From Paludibacteraceae bacterium (GTDB lineage Bacteria; Bacillota_I; Bacilli_A; RF39; UBA660), in NCBI GenBank assembly GCA_963601985.1, contig CAVCHK010000049.1:1-33727 (forward strand): DNA of 33,727 bases, in the 5' to 3' direction. The notes beneath the pieces were generated by a model, which saw only the letters and a program-made list of their open reading frames with translations, was not told the origin of the DNA and ran no database searches. Both the position numbers and the translations under genes were made by a program. This document shows, one piece after another, positions 9,912 through 16,851 of the stretch (positions are counted from its first letter, which is position 1; the number at the start of each line of letters is the position of its first letter).

Positions 9912-10896
9912 ATTAACAGAAGAACAATATAGATATTTTTTTGTTCAAACTGCTTATATTTATAATTACTATGAGAGTATATTTATTGCAGAGCAAATAC
10001 CATTTAGAAAAATAAGTGATGCTGAAATTACTAAAATACAAAATAAAGCTGACGAAGAAGGAATTAGTTTTGGTGAGGCATTAAGTCAAAGAAATGGTGA
10101 AATAATAGAAGATTTTAAGGATTTTCATGTCGAAATAAATGAAGCACCAAAACAAGAAACCACTGTAACTAATCCTAAGTATGATGAGTTTAAAACAGAA
10201 ATTGATAAAAAACAAAAAGACATAGAAGCTTTGCAAGAAAGAAAAAAGCAAATTGAAGCTTTATTAGATGAGGCATATAAGCGAGAAAGTCAAATTGGAA
10301 AAGACTTACCTTTTGAAGAAAGCTCTTATCAAAAACTAGTAGCTCAAATTAAAGAAAAAGAGTTGAAAATTAAAGTTATGGATATAGAAGCTTCAATTAA
10401 AAATAGTAGGAATTGGATTTCTCAAAAAGAATTAGGGCTTTTAAGAATGGAAGGTGCTATGACACCACAACAATATTCTTTCCAAATTGAAGAAGCTAAA
10501 ACAAATTATTCTATAAATGATAATTATGAAAATATGATACATACTTACGAAGAAAATGAATTATATTCTATGCAAATGAGATTATTGGGTATGCAGGCAA
10601 AACGTGGAGAAATTACTGAAGAACAGAGAAATGTTGGATACCAAGAATTAAAAGAGAAAATTGGTAAAAATGATGAATATATTAGTAGTTTACAAGAAGA
10701 CTTATTATTAGAAAGAAGAAAACAAATAGAAAAACAAATCGCATTTAGATATAGTCAAGGAATGATAACGAAAGAAACAAGACAAGCGCAATTAGATGCT
10801 TTAGCTAATATTCAAGAATTAACAGGACAATCACAGGTTGATATTTCTAATGTATATGTTGATGAACAAAATATTACGCATAGAACCAAGAGATAA
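9823..10896 (+). CDS. hypothetical K/E-rich coiled-coil protein with three SHOCT-like repeats; start codon unresolved
   Basis: A 357-codon open frame in very AT-rich DNA is unlikely to occur by chance. The only ATG/GTG/TTG before codon 136 are GTG 9823, TTG 9832 and GTG 9841, all inside the opposite-strand RHH gene. No SD precedes any candidate start. Followed by its own terminator. Confidence 0.5.
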   Translation: MSTLFSVSISILILITIFSLFVLIGTIFSILTEEQYRYFFVQTAYIYNYYESIFIAEQIPFRKISDAEITKIQNKADEEGISFGEALSQRNGEIIEDFKDFHVEINEAPKQETTVTNPKYDEFKTEIDKKQKDIEALQERKKQIEALLDEAYKRESQIGKDLPFEESSYQKLVAQIKEKELKIKVMDIEASIKNSRNWISQKELGLLRMEGAMTPQQYSFQIEEAKTNYSINDNYENMIHTYEENELYSMQMRLLGMQAKRGEITEEQRNVGYQELKEKIGKNDEYISSLQEDLLLERRKQIEKQIAFRYSQGMITKETRQAQLDALANIQELTGQSQVDISNVYVDEQNITHRTKR

Positions 10897-10969
10897 GAAA
10901 ATTAATATGTAATTTAGTTGTTGCATAAATTCAATGTATAATTATATTATTATATTAATGGTATTTAAC

Positions 10970-10999
10970 AGAGAAATTAAAAAATATTTTCTCTTTTTA
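10970..10999 (+). terminator. rho-independent terminator after the coiled-coil ORF
   Basis: AGAGAAAT (10970-10977) pairs with ATTTCTCT (10986-10994 region) with an 8-nt loop, followed by TTTTATTT. Confidence 0.5.
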
Positions 11000-11076
11000 T
11001 TTGATAACATAAATATATCAAGAAAATAGGATATATATCTTGTCTGAGAGATGAGAATAAAAAAATGAAAAAGTAC

Positions 11077-11105
11077 TTGAAATTATATTTTTTATATGAT
11101 AAAAT
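11077..11105 (+). promoter_or_regulatory. sigma-A type promoter of the T-box leader
   Basis: TTGAAA (11077-11082), 17 nt, TAAAAT (11100-11105), with an extended -10 TG (TGaTAAAAT). Confidence 0.6.
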
Positions 11106-11111
11106 ACTTTT

Positions 11112-11322
11112 TGTAAAGCGATGAAGGAAAGAGTAATAGTAATATTTATAGAGAGTCTATGTTGGTGGAAATTAGATAAGAAAAGCTATTATAAATGGTT
11201 CTGGAGCTATTATATCTAATAGGTATAGTCGGTTGTTACGTTAGAACTTAATGAGTGTATATATTATAAAATAAGGTGGTACCGCGGATTGTTTATTCGT
11301 CCTTTGGCTACTTTATTTTTTT
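11112..11322 (+). promoter_or_regulatory. T-box riboswitch leader, probable Met (AUG) specifier
   Basis: Stem I elements in canonical order: GCGAUGA K-turn half (11118-11124), AGAGAG bulge (11150-11155), GGUGGAA distal loop (11164-11170), specifier loop UAAAUGGUUCUGGAGC with AUG at 11195-11197. T-box sequence AAGGUGGUACCGCGG at 11273-11287. Terminator helix 11271-11280 / 11307-11316, followed by 7 T. Confidence 0.8.
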
Positions 11323-11343
11323 GTTTTATTGGAGGTGTTTATT

Positions 11344-11829
11344 ATGAGAAAGTTTGAAAAGATTAGTAAGAGTGTATTTTTAAGAGATGTACCTGATGCT
11401 AATTATGATGATATTGTACTGCCTAAAAGAAGTACTTTAAATAGTGCTGGTTATGATTTTTATAGTGTTATATCGTTTACTTTGAATCCTGGTGAGAGAA
11501 GAGTTATTCCTACTGGTATAAAGGCTATTATGAATAGTAATGAGTTTTTGGGTATTTATATTCGTAGTAGTTTGGGATTTAAATGGAATATACGGATGTG
11601 TAATCAGGTTGGTATTATTGATTCTGACTATTATAATAATAGTCAGAATGAAGGGCATATTTTTGTATGTTTGATGAATGAGGGGGATAAGGCTTTAGAA
11701 ATTAAAAAGGGTGATAGAATTGTACAAGGTATTTTTATGCCATTTTTAATTACTGATGATGATATGACTACTGATATTAGATTGGGTGGTATTGGTAGTA
11801 CTGATAAGGGAGATGATTTTGATGAATAA
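11344..11829 (+). CDS. dut: dUTP diphosphatase (trimeric dUTPase family)
   Basis: 161 aa. Motifs SAGYDFYS, IRSSLG, VGIIDSDYYNN and the C-terminal RLGGIGSTDKG. ATG at 11344 lies 6 nt after GGAGGTG. Confidence 0.85.
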   Translation: MRKFEKISKSVFLRDVPDANYDDIVLPKRSTLNSAGYDFYSVISFTLNPGERRVIPTGIKAIMNSNEFLGIYIRSSLGFKWNIRMCNQVGIIDSDYYNNSQNEGHIFVCLMNEGDKALEIKKGDRIVQGIFMPFLITDDDMTTDIRLGGIGSTDKGDDFDE

Positions 11830-13351
11830 TAAGAAATTTTATATTACAACACCTATATATTATCCAAGTGCTAATTTTCATATTGGACATTGTTATACTA
11901 CCATTATAGCGGATGCTATTGCTAGGTATAAAAGGCTTACTGGTTATGATGTATTTTATTTGACTGGTACTGATGAGCATGGTCAAAAAATACAAAAGAA
12001 AGCTATTGAGGCTGGCGTTACTCCACAGGAATATGTTGATGAAATAGTTGGTAATGCTAAGGATTTATGGAAGAGTTTAGATATTAGTTATGATAAGTTT
12101 ATTAGAACTACTGATAAGGAACATGTTGAATGTGTACAGAAGATATTTAAGAAATTGTATGATAATGGTGATATTTATAAAGGGGAATATAAGGGGCTTT
12201 ATTGTACACCATGTGAATCTTTTTGGACTGATACGCAACTTATTGATGGTAAATGCCCTGATTGTGGTAGGGATGTTCATGAAGTTAGTGAGGAGGCTTA
12301 TTTCTTTAATCTTTCTAAATATCAAGATAAGCTTATTAAGTTTTATGATGATAATCCTGATTTTATAGAACCTATTTCTAGAAAAAATGAGATGATTAAT
12401 AATTTTATTAAACCTGGGCTTGAGGATTTATGTGTATCTAGAACTTCTTTTGATTGGGGTATTCCTGTTACTTTTGATCCTGGTCATGTTGTTTATGTTT
12501 GGGTAGATGCTCTTGCTAATTATTTGTCTGCTTTAGGATATTTAAGTGATGATGATTCTTTATTTAAGAGGTATTTTCCTGCTGATTTACATATTGTTGG
12601 TAAAGAAATTGTTAGATTTCATACTATTATTTGGCCTATTATGTTAATGGCTCTTGATTTACCGTTACCTAAAAAGGTATTTGGTCATGGTTGGCTTGTT
12701 ATTAATGGTGGTAAGATATCTAAGAGTTTAGGTAATTATAAGGATCCTAGAGAATATATTGATAGTTATGGGGTAGATGCTGTTAGGTATTTTGCTTTGA
12801 GAGAAGTTCCTTTTGGTAGTGATGGTAATTTTTCAGAGGAGGCTTTAATAGCTAGAACTAATGGGGATTTGGCTAATATTCTTGGTAATTTGGTTAATAG
12901 GACTATTGGTATGGCTAATAAGTATTTTGATGGTATTGTTTGTAATAAAGGTGAACTTGAGGATATTGATAGTGTTCTTATTAAGCATACTTTAGAGCTT
13001 AAGGATAAAGTTGATTCTTATATGGATAAGCTTGAGGTGTCTAAGGCTTTAGAGTGTATATTTGATTTACTTAGGGAATGTAATAAGTATATTGATGATA
13101 CTATGCCTTGGGTACTTTATAAGGATGAAGATAAGAGGGATAGACTTGCCACTGTGATATATAATTTGGTTGAGTGTATTAGAATTAGTGCTATACTTCT
13201 TCAGGCATTTATTCCTAGTACTAGTAAGAATATTTTTGAACAGATTAATACTGATGTTACTAATTATAGTTCTATATGTGAGTTTGGTGGATATAAGAGC
13301 GGTACTAAAGTAAATACTCCTTTGGTATTATTTAAAAGAATTGAACAATAG
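11822..13351 (+). CDS. metG: methionine--tRNA ligase (short form without a C-terminal tRNA-binding appendage)
   Basis: MNNKKFYITTPIYYPSANFHIGH (HIGH motif), Zn knuckle CTPCES...CPDCG, KISKS (KMSKS motif). ATG at 11822 overlaps the dut stop by 8 nt (ATGAATAA). SD AAGGGAGA. Confidence 0.95.
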   Translation: MNNKKFYITTPIYYPSANFHIGHCYTTIIADAIARYKRLTGYDVFYLTGTDEHGQKIQKKAIEAGVTPQEYVDEIVGNAKDLWKSLDISYDKFIRTTDKEHVECVQKIFKKLYDNGDIYKGEYKGLYCTPCESFWTDTQLIDGKCPDCGRDVHEVSEEAYFFNLSKYQDKLIKFYDDNPDFIEPISRKNEMINNFIKPGLEDLCVSRTSFDWGIPVTFDPGHVVYVWVDALANYLSALGYLSDDDSLFKRYFPADLHIVGKEIVRFHTIIWPIMLMALDLPLPKKVFGHGWLVINGGKISKSLGNYKDPREYIDSYGVDAVRYFALREVPFGSDGNFSEEALIARTNGDLANILGNLVNRTIGMANKYFDGIVCNKGELEDIDSVLIKHTLELKDKVDSYMDKLEVSKALECIFDLLRECNKYIDDTMPWVLYKDEDKRDRLATVIYNLVECIRISAILLQAFIPSTSKNIFEQINTDVTNYSSICEFGGYKSGTKVNTPLVLFKRIEQ

Positions 13352-13375
13352 ATTTTGTGTCTATTGTTTTTCTTT
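13344..13375 (+). terminator. rho-independent terminator of dut-metG
   Basis: AACAATAGA (13344-13352) pairs with TCTATTGTT (13360-13368) with a 7-nt loop, followed by TTTTCTTT. Confidence 0.65.
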
Positions 13376-13399
13376 ATATGTAAAGTTATAGTTATTTTG

Positions 13400-13428
13400 T
13401 TTACTATGTGTTGTTTTTGTGTTATATT
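13400..13428 (+). promoter_or_regulatory. sigma-A type promoter candidate for the 49-aa ORF
   Basis: TTTACT (13400-13405), 17 nt, TATATT (13423-13428), with extended -10 TGt. Confidence 0.4.
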
Positions 13429-13470
13429 TTTATTGTAGTCCTGATTAGTGAAGAAAAGGAGTGTAGTGCG

Positions 13471-13620
13471 ATGCTTAGGATTAAGGATAGCAGTATATTT
13501 TTTGTTTTAGCTTGTATATTAGGAGTTATTGTTTTAGTGTTAATGTATTTATATGGAGAAGTTATTGATTTTATCTATGTTGGATTTATATTTTTCTCTA
13601 TTTTGTTTTATTTTAATTGA
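13471..13620 (+). CDS. hypothetical small membrane protein (49 aa, two predicted TM segments)
   Basis: ATG at 13471 lies 9 nt after AAGGAG. MLRIKDSSIFFVLACILGVIVLVLMYLYGEVIDFIYVGFIFFSILFYFN. The longer ORF start at 13408 has no SD and lies in the promoter-like region. Confidence 0.4.
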   Translation: MLRIKDSSIFFVLACILGVIVLVLMYLYGEVIDFIYVGFIFFSILFYFN

Positions 13621-13645
13621 TTGTACTATATAGTTATAGTATAAT
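13617..13645 (+). promoter_or_regulatory. sigma-A type promoter of tatD
   Basis: TTGATT (13617-13622), exactly 17 nt, TATAAT (13640-13645). SD GGAGGT and ATG 13667 lie downstream. Confidence 0.6.
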
Positions 13646-13666
13646 TTTTTTATGGAGGTAATTTTT

Positions 13667-14428
13667 ATGTATATTGATACACATGCTCATTTATTTAGTG
13701 AGTATTATAGTGATTTAGATAGTGTTATTTTAGAGTGTTTAGATAACGGGGTTAATAGGATTATTGTTAGTGGTTGTGATATTAAGTCGAATAAGGAAGT
13801 ATTAAGGCTTGTTAATAAGTATGATTGTATTTATGGTACGCTTGGATTTCATCCAACTGAACTTGATGATTTTAAGGATGAATATTTTGATTGGTTAGAG
13901 GATAATATTAATAATAGAAAGATTGTTGGTGTTGGTGAAATTGGGCTTGATTATCATTATGAAGATACTGATTATGAACTTCAAAAAGGGGTATTTAAGA
14001 GACAACTTGATATTGCCTATAGGAATAAAAAGCCTATTATTGTTCATAGTAGAGATGCTATAGGAGATACATATAATATATTAAAGGGTTATAAATTAAG
14101 TGGTAGTATTCATGCTTTTAGTGGTTCAGTGGAAATGGCTTATGAGTTTATTAAACTTGGTTATATGATAGGTGTAGGGGGTGTTGTTACTTTTAAGAAT
14201 GCTAAAAATATTAAGGAAGTTATAAAAAGTATTCCTTTGGAATATATATTATTAGAGACTGATTCTCCTTATTTGACTCCTGAACCTTATAGGGGAGAGG
14301 TTAATAGTTCTAAAAATATTCCTTTTATTGCAAATAAAATTGCAGAAATTAGAGGGGTATCAAATGTAGATATTTCAAGGGTTACATCTGATAATGCTGA
14401 GAGGGTATTTGACTTTTCTTCTAAATAA
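13667..14428 (+). CDS. tatD: TatD-family metal-dependent DNase/hydrolase (YabD-like)
   Basis: MYIDTHAHL..., GEIGLDYHY, IVHSRDA, ETDSPYLTP motifs. metG-yabD synteny as in B. subtilis. Confidence 0.9.
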   Translation: MYIDTHAHLFSEYYSDLDSVILECLDNGVNRIIVSGCDIKSNKEVLRLVNKYDCIYGTLGFHPTELDDFKDEYFDWLEDNINNRKIVGVGEIGLDYHYEDTDYELQKGVFKRQLDIAYRNKKPIIVHSRDAIGDTYNILKGYKLSGSIHAFSGSVEMAYEFIKLGYMIGVGGVVTFKNAKNIKEVIKSIPLEYILLETDSPYLTPEPYRGEVNSSKNIPFIANKIAEIRGVSNVDISRVTSDNAERVFDFSSK

Positions 14429-14470
14429 TGGTACAATTAATATGCTGAAAATATTAATGAGGTGAGATGA

Positions 14471-15121
14471 ATGAAGAAAATAACTAATTTGGTTATAACT
14501 GTTTCTTCACAATTATTAGTGGTTTTTGTATTTTTGTTTTTATTATTTGGTACTGTTGGAAGTAATAAAAATGTGACTATTATTGATAATAATAATTTTG
14601 ATAAAATGGCTGATAGTACTTTAGTTCTTTTTGAGAAAGAGAAGAAAAGTGATTCTTCTTTAGATGATACTGTTGTTCTTTTAGAAGATGAAAGTACTAA
14701 GGAGCAAGAAGTAGTAGAAGAAAAGCAAGAAGAAGTTGCTGTTGTTGAACCTAATTTGTTTTATGATAGAGCTGTTCTTGATACATTAGTTGGTACTATT
14801 ACTGGTTATGGGCCTGATTGTGGTGGCTGCTCGGGTAATACCGCTAGTGGGCATAATTTGCATGAATCGATATACTATGAGGATTCTGAGTTTGGTGTAG
14901 TTAGAATTTTAGCGGCTGATAGGAGTATTCCTTTTTATTCAATATTTAGGGTAAGTGGTATTGCTGGTATGGATCCTTTTATTGCTATTGTTCTTGATAC
15001 TGGTGGTAATGTTGGTTATGGTAAGGGTACTTTGTTTGATTTGGCTTTTGAGAGTGAAGCTGGTGGAGTTATTCCTCTTACGAAGAATGTTACTTTTGAA
15101 ATGTTAAGAAGTGGTAAATAA
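14471..15121 (+). CDS. membrane-anchored 3D-domain protein (YabE/YuiC-like cell-wall binding or lytic domain)
   Basis: N-terminal TM segment and an acidic linker. The C-terminal GYGPDCGGCSGNTASG...LAADRSIPF...IVLDTGGNV...FDLAF pattern matches the 3D domain. It occupies the yabE position after tatD. Confidence 0.7.
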   Translation: MKKITNLVITVSSQLLVVFVFLFLLFGTVGSNKNVTIIDNNNFDKMADSTLVLFEKEKKSDSSLDDTVVLLEDESTKEQEVVEEKQEEVAVVEPNLFYDRAVLDTLVGTITGYGPDCGGCSGNTASGHNLHESIYYEDSEFGVVRILAADRSIPFYSIFRVSGIAGMDPFIAIVLDTGGNVGYGKGTLFDLAFESEAGGVIPLTKNVTFEMLRSGK

Positions 15122-15176
15122 TTATTACTTCTTTTTTTTGACATTTTTTTTAATATTTATAGAATATAATTGTTAT

Positions 15177-16112
15177 ATGAAGAAGATATTATTAATAGTT
15201 ATTATTGTTATTTTTATTCCTTTTTTAATTGTTAATTTTTATAAAGTACCAAAGGTAAAAGAAATTAAACTTAATTATGAATCTAATTTTTTTATTAGGG
15301 TTAAGAGAGTTTCTTTGAATGAAATACAGAGTATTCCTTTTGAGGAATATATTGTTGGTGTTTTAGCAGGAGAGATGCCTATTTCTTTTGAAAAGGAGGC
15401 TTTTAAGGCACAAGCTGTGGCTGCTAGAAGCTATGCTCTTAAGCGTATTTTATATAATAAAGATAATGATTATGATGTTGTTGATTCGATTATGAATCAG
15501 GTTTATTTGGATGATGATTATTTGAAGAGGGCTTGGGGAGAAGATTATATTGTTAATATTAATAAACTTAGAGAGATTGTTAATGAGACATCTATGGAGT
15601 ATTTGGAATATGATGGTGAGGTTATTGATGCTATGTTTTTTTCTACTAGTAATGGTTATACTGAAGATGCTGAGACGGTATTTAGTGTTGATTTGCCTTA
15701 TTTAAAAAGTGTTAAATCTGGTTGGGATGAGAAGACTAGCTCGGCTTTTAGATCTTCTACTACAATGAGTATTAATGATTTTTATAGTAAGCTTGGGCTA
15801 GATTATTCTGATAATTTTGATGTTAAGGTTTTAAAGAGAAGTAGTACTAATAGGATTATTTCTATTAGTATTAATGGTAAGGTGTTTTCTGCTAGAACTT
15901 TATATGATAAGCTTTCTCTTAAATCTACGGATTTTTCTTTAGTACGTGATGGTGATAAGGTTATTATTGATACTGTTGGATATGGTCATGGTGTTGGTAT
16001 GAGTCAGTATGGTGCTAAGGGTATGGCAGAAGAGGGATATAAATACACAGAAATTCTTAGTTATTATTATAGTGGTACTTCAATTAAAAAAATTAAAAAT
16101 TTTGGTATATAA
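15177..16112 (+). CDS. spoIID: stage II sporulation protein D (lytic transglycosylase)
   Basis: N-terminal TM segment, then AQAVAARSYAL, ...FFSTSNGYTE... and YGHGVGMSQYGA motifs. ATG at 15177 is the first Met before the TM segment. No recognisable SD, so the start is less certain. Confidence 0.85.
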   Translation: MKKILLIVIIVIFIPFLIVNFYKVPKVKEIKLNYESNFFIRVKRVSLNEIQSIPFEEYIVGVLAGEMPISFEKEAFKAQAVAARSYALKRILYNKDNDYDVVDSIMNQVYLDDDYLKRAWGEDYIVNINKLREIVNETSMEYLEYDGEVIDAMFFSTSNGYTEDAETVFSVDLPYLKSVKSGWDEKTSSAFRSSTTMSINDFYSKLGLDYSDNFDVKVLKRSSTNRIISISINGKVFSARTLYDKLSLKSTDFSLVRDGDKVIIDTVGYGHGVGMSQYGAKGMAEEGYKYTEILSYYYSGTSIKKIKNFGI

Positions 16113-16133
16113 TCTTTTATTTTGGAAAGAATT
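16105..16133 (+). promoter_or_regulatory. sigma-F type forespore promoter candidate for the SpoIIQ-like gene
   Basis: GTATA (16105-16109, overlapping the spoIID stop), 14 nt, GGAAAGAATT (16124-16133). This fits my recalled sigma-F consensus GywTA ... GgnrAnAnTw at every specified position. Confidence 0.5.
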
Positions 16134-16150
16134 ATATTAGAGGTGATGAT

Positions 16151-16792
16151 ATGAGAAAGATAAGAATTAGGTATTCTTTAGCTCCTGTTATATATGGTGC
16201 AATAGTGGTAGTATTTTTATTTGGTATGTATTTTGCTCAGAAAGAGGCTAGGAATTTGCTATTTAAAAATGATAGTAGTCTTAGGTATGTTGATGGGGAA
16301 ATAACGGAAAATAAAGATAATGATGTCCCAGTTGTTGGTAGTAGTAGTTCTATTGTTAGACCTTATTTGGATAATTCTGTTTCTATTGCTAAGACTTTTT
16401 ATGATTATACCGGAGAAGAGAGTGAACAAGAGAATTCTATAATTTATTATGAGGGTACTTATATGCAAAATAGTGGTGTTGATTATGCTAAGGATAGTGT
16501 TTTTGATGTTATTAGTATTTTAGATGGTACTGTTATATCTGTTGAGGATAGTGATATTCTTGGTAAGACTATTCAAATTAGGCATAGTAATGATCTTATT
16601 AGTGTATATCAGAGTCTATCTGAGACTTCTGTAAAGAAGGATGATCAGGTTATTCAGGGACAGATAATTGCTAAAAGTGGTACTTCTAATATTAATAAGG
16701 ATTTGGGTAATCATTTACATTTTGAACTTTATTATAAGGGTAAGATTGTTAATCCTGAAGAGTATTATAATAAATCTATTGATGAACTTTAG
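16151..16792 (+). CDS. spoIIQ: membrane-anchored LytM/M23-domain protein, SpoIIQ-like (degenerate active site)
   Basis: N-terminal TM segment plus an M23 domain. HxH is retained (NHLHFE). The HxxxD His reads Asn (MQNSGVDY) and the Y.HL His reads Gln (VYQSL). It lies between spoIID and spoIIID, as I recall for clostridial spoIIQ. Confidence 0.65.
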   Translation: MRKIRIRYSLAPVIYGAIVVVFLFGMYFAQKEARNLLFKNDSSLRYVDGEITENKDNDVPVVGSSSSIVRPYLDNSVSIAKTFYDYTGEESEQENSIIYYEGTYMQNSGVDYAKDSVFDVISILDGTVISVEDSDILGKTIQIRHSNDLISVYQSLSETSVKKDDQVIQGQIIAKSGTSNINKDLGNHLHFELYYKGKIVNPEEYYNKSIDEL

Positions 16793-16809
16793 GCAGTAAT
16801 GCCTTTTTT
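16791..16809 (+). terminator. short hairpin plus T-run after the SpoIIQ-like gene
   Basis: AGGCA / TGCCT with a GTAA loop, followed by 6 T. The stem is only 5 bp. Confidence 0.4.
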
Positions 16810-16851
16810 CATAATAATTCTTTTCTTTAATATTATATATTAGGTGATGAT

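Larger units (their letters stand above)
9705..11076. other. compositionally discordant two-gene insert between spoVT and the dut-metG T-box promoter
   Basis: It carries the divergent RHH gene and the coiled-coil ORF with its own terminator. The + strand here is A-rich (10201-10260: A34 T10 G10 C6), against T>A elsewhere. No recombinase gene is present. Confidence 0.45.

Noticed and set aside
9705-11010. Possible att-like direct repeats flanking the insert: TTTTTATTTTTGTATAC at about 9720 and TTTTTATTTGATAAC at about 10995.
   Set aside because: Only a 9-nt AT-only core is shared, and both copies are the T-tracts of terminator hairpins. This is not distinguishable from chance in DNA this AT-rich.
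11065-11124. A 19-codon ORF (MKKYLKLYFLYDKILFVKR) upstream of the T-box, which could have been a leader peptide.
   Set aside because: It spans the -35 and -10 elements and the predicted TSS of the T-box promoter, so most of it would not be transcribed. It has no SD at a proper distance. T-box leaders do not need a leader peptide.
11196-11198. Alternative specifier reading UGG (Trp) in the T-box specifier loop, one nt downstream of AUG.
   Set aside because: The downstream synthetase is MetRS. The T-box bulge reads UGGU, which predicts an A73 discriminator as in tRNA-Met, whereas bacterial tRNA-Trp normally has G73. The codon would also be followed by U rather than the usual purine. This is kept as a caveat, because the spacing to the CUGGAGC strand fits UGG slightly better.
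14429-14470. Inverted repeat TTAATAT...ATATTAA after tatD as a possible terminator.
   Set aside because: The stem is A/T only, no T-run follows it, and it lies immediately before the SD of the next gene.
15138-15165. A strong-looking sigma-A promoter TTGACA-16-TAGAAT just upstream of spoIID.
   Set aside because: The predicted TSS would fall about 5 nt before the only plausible ATG (15177), leaving no leader or SD. spoIID is expected to be sigma-E dependent. I could not find a convincing sigma-E -10 (CATACA-T) either, so no promoter is called.
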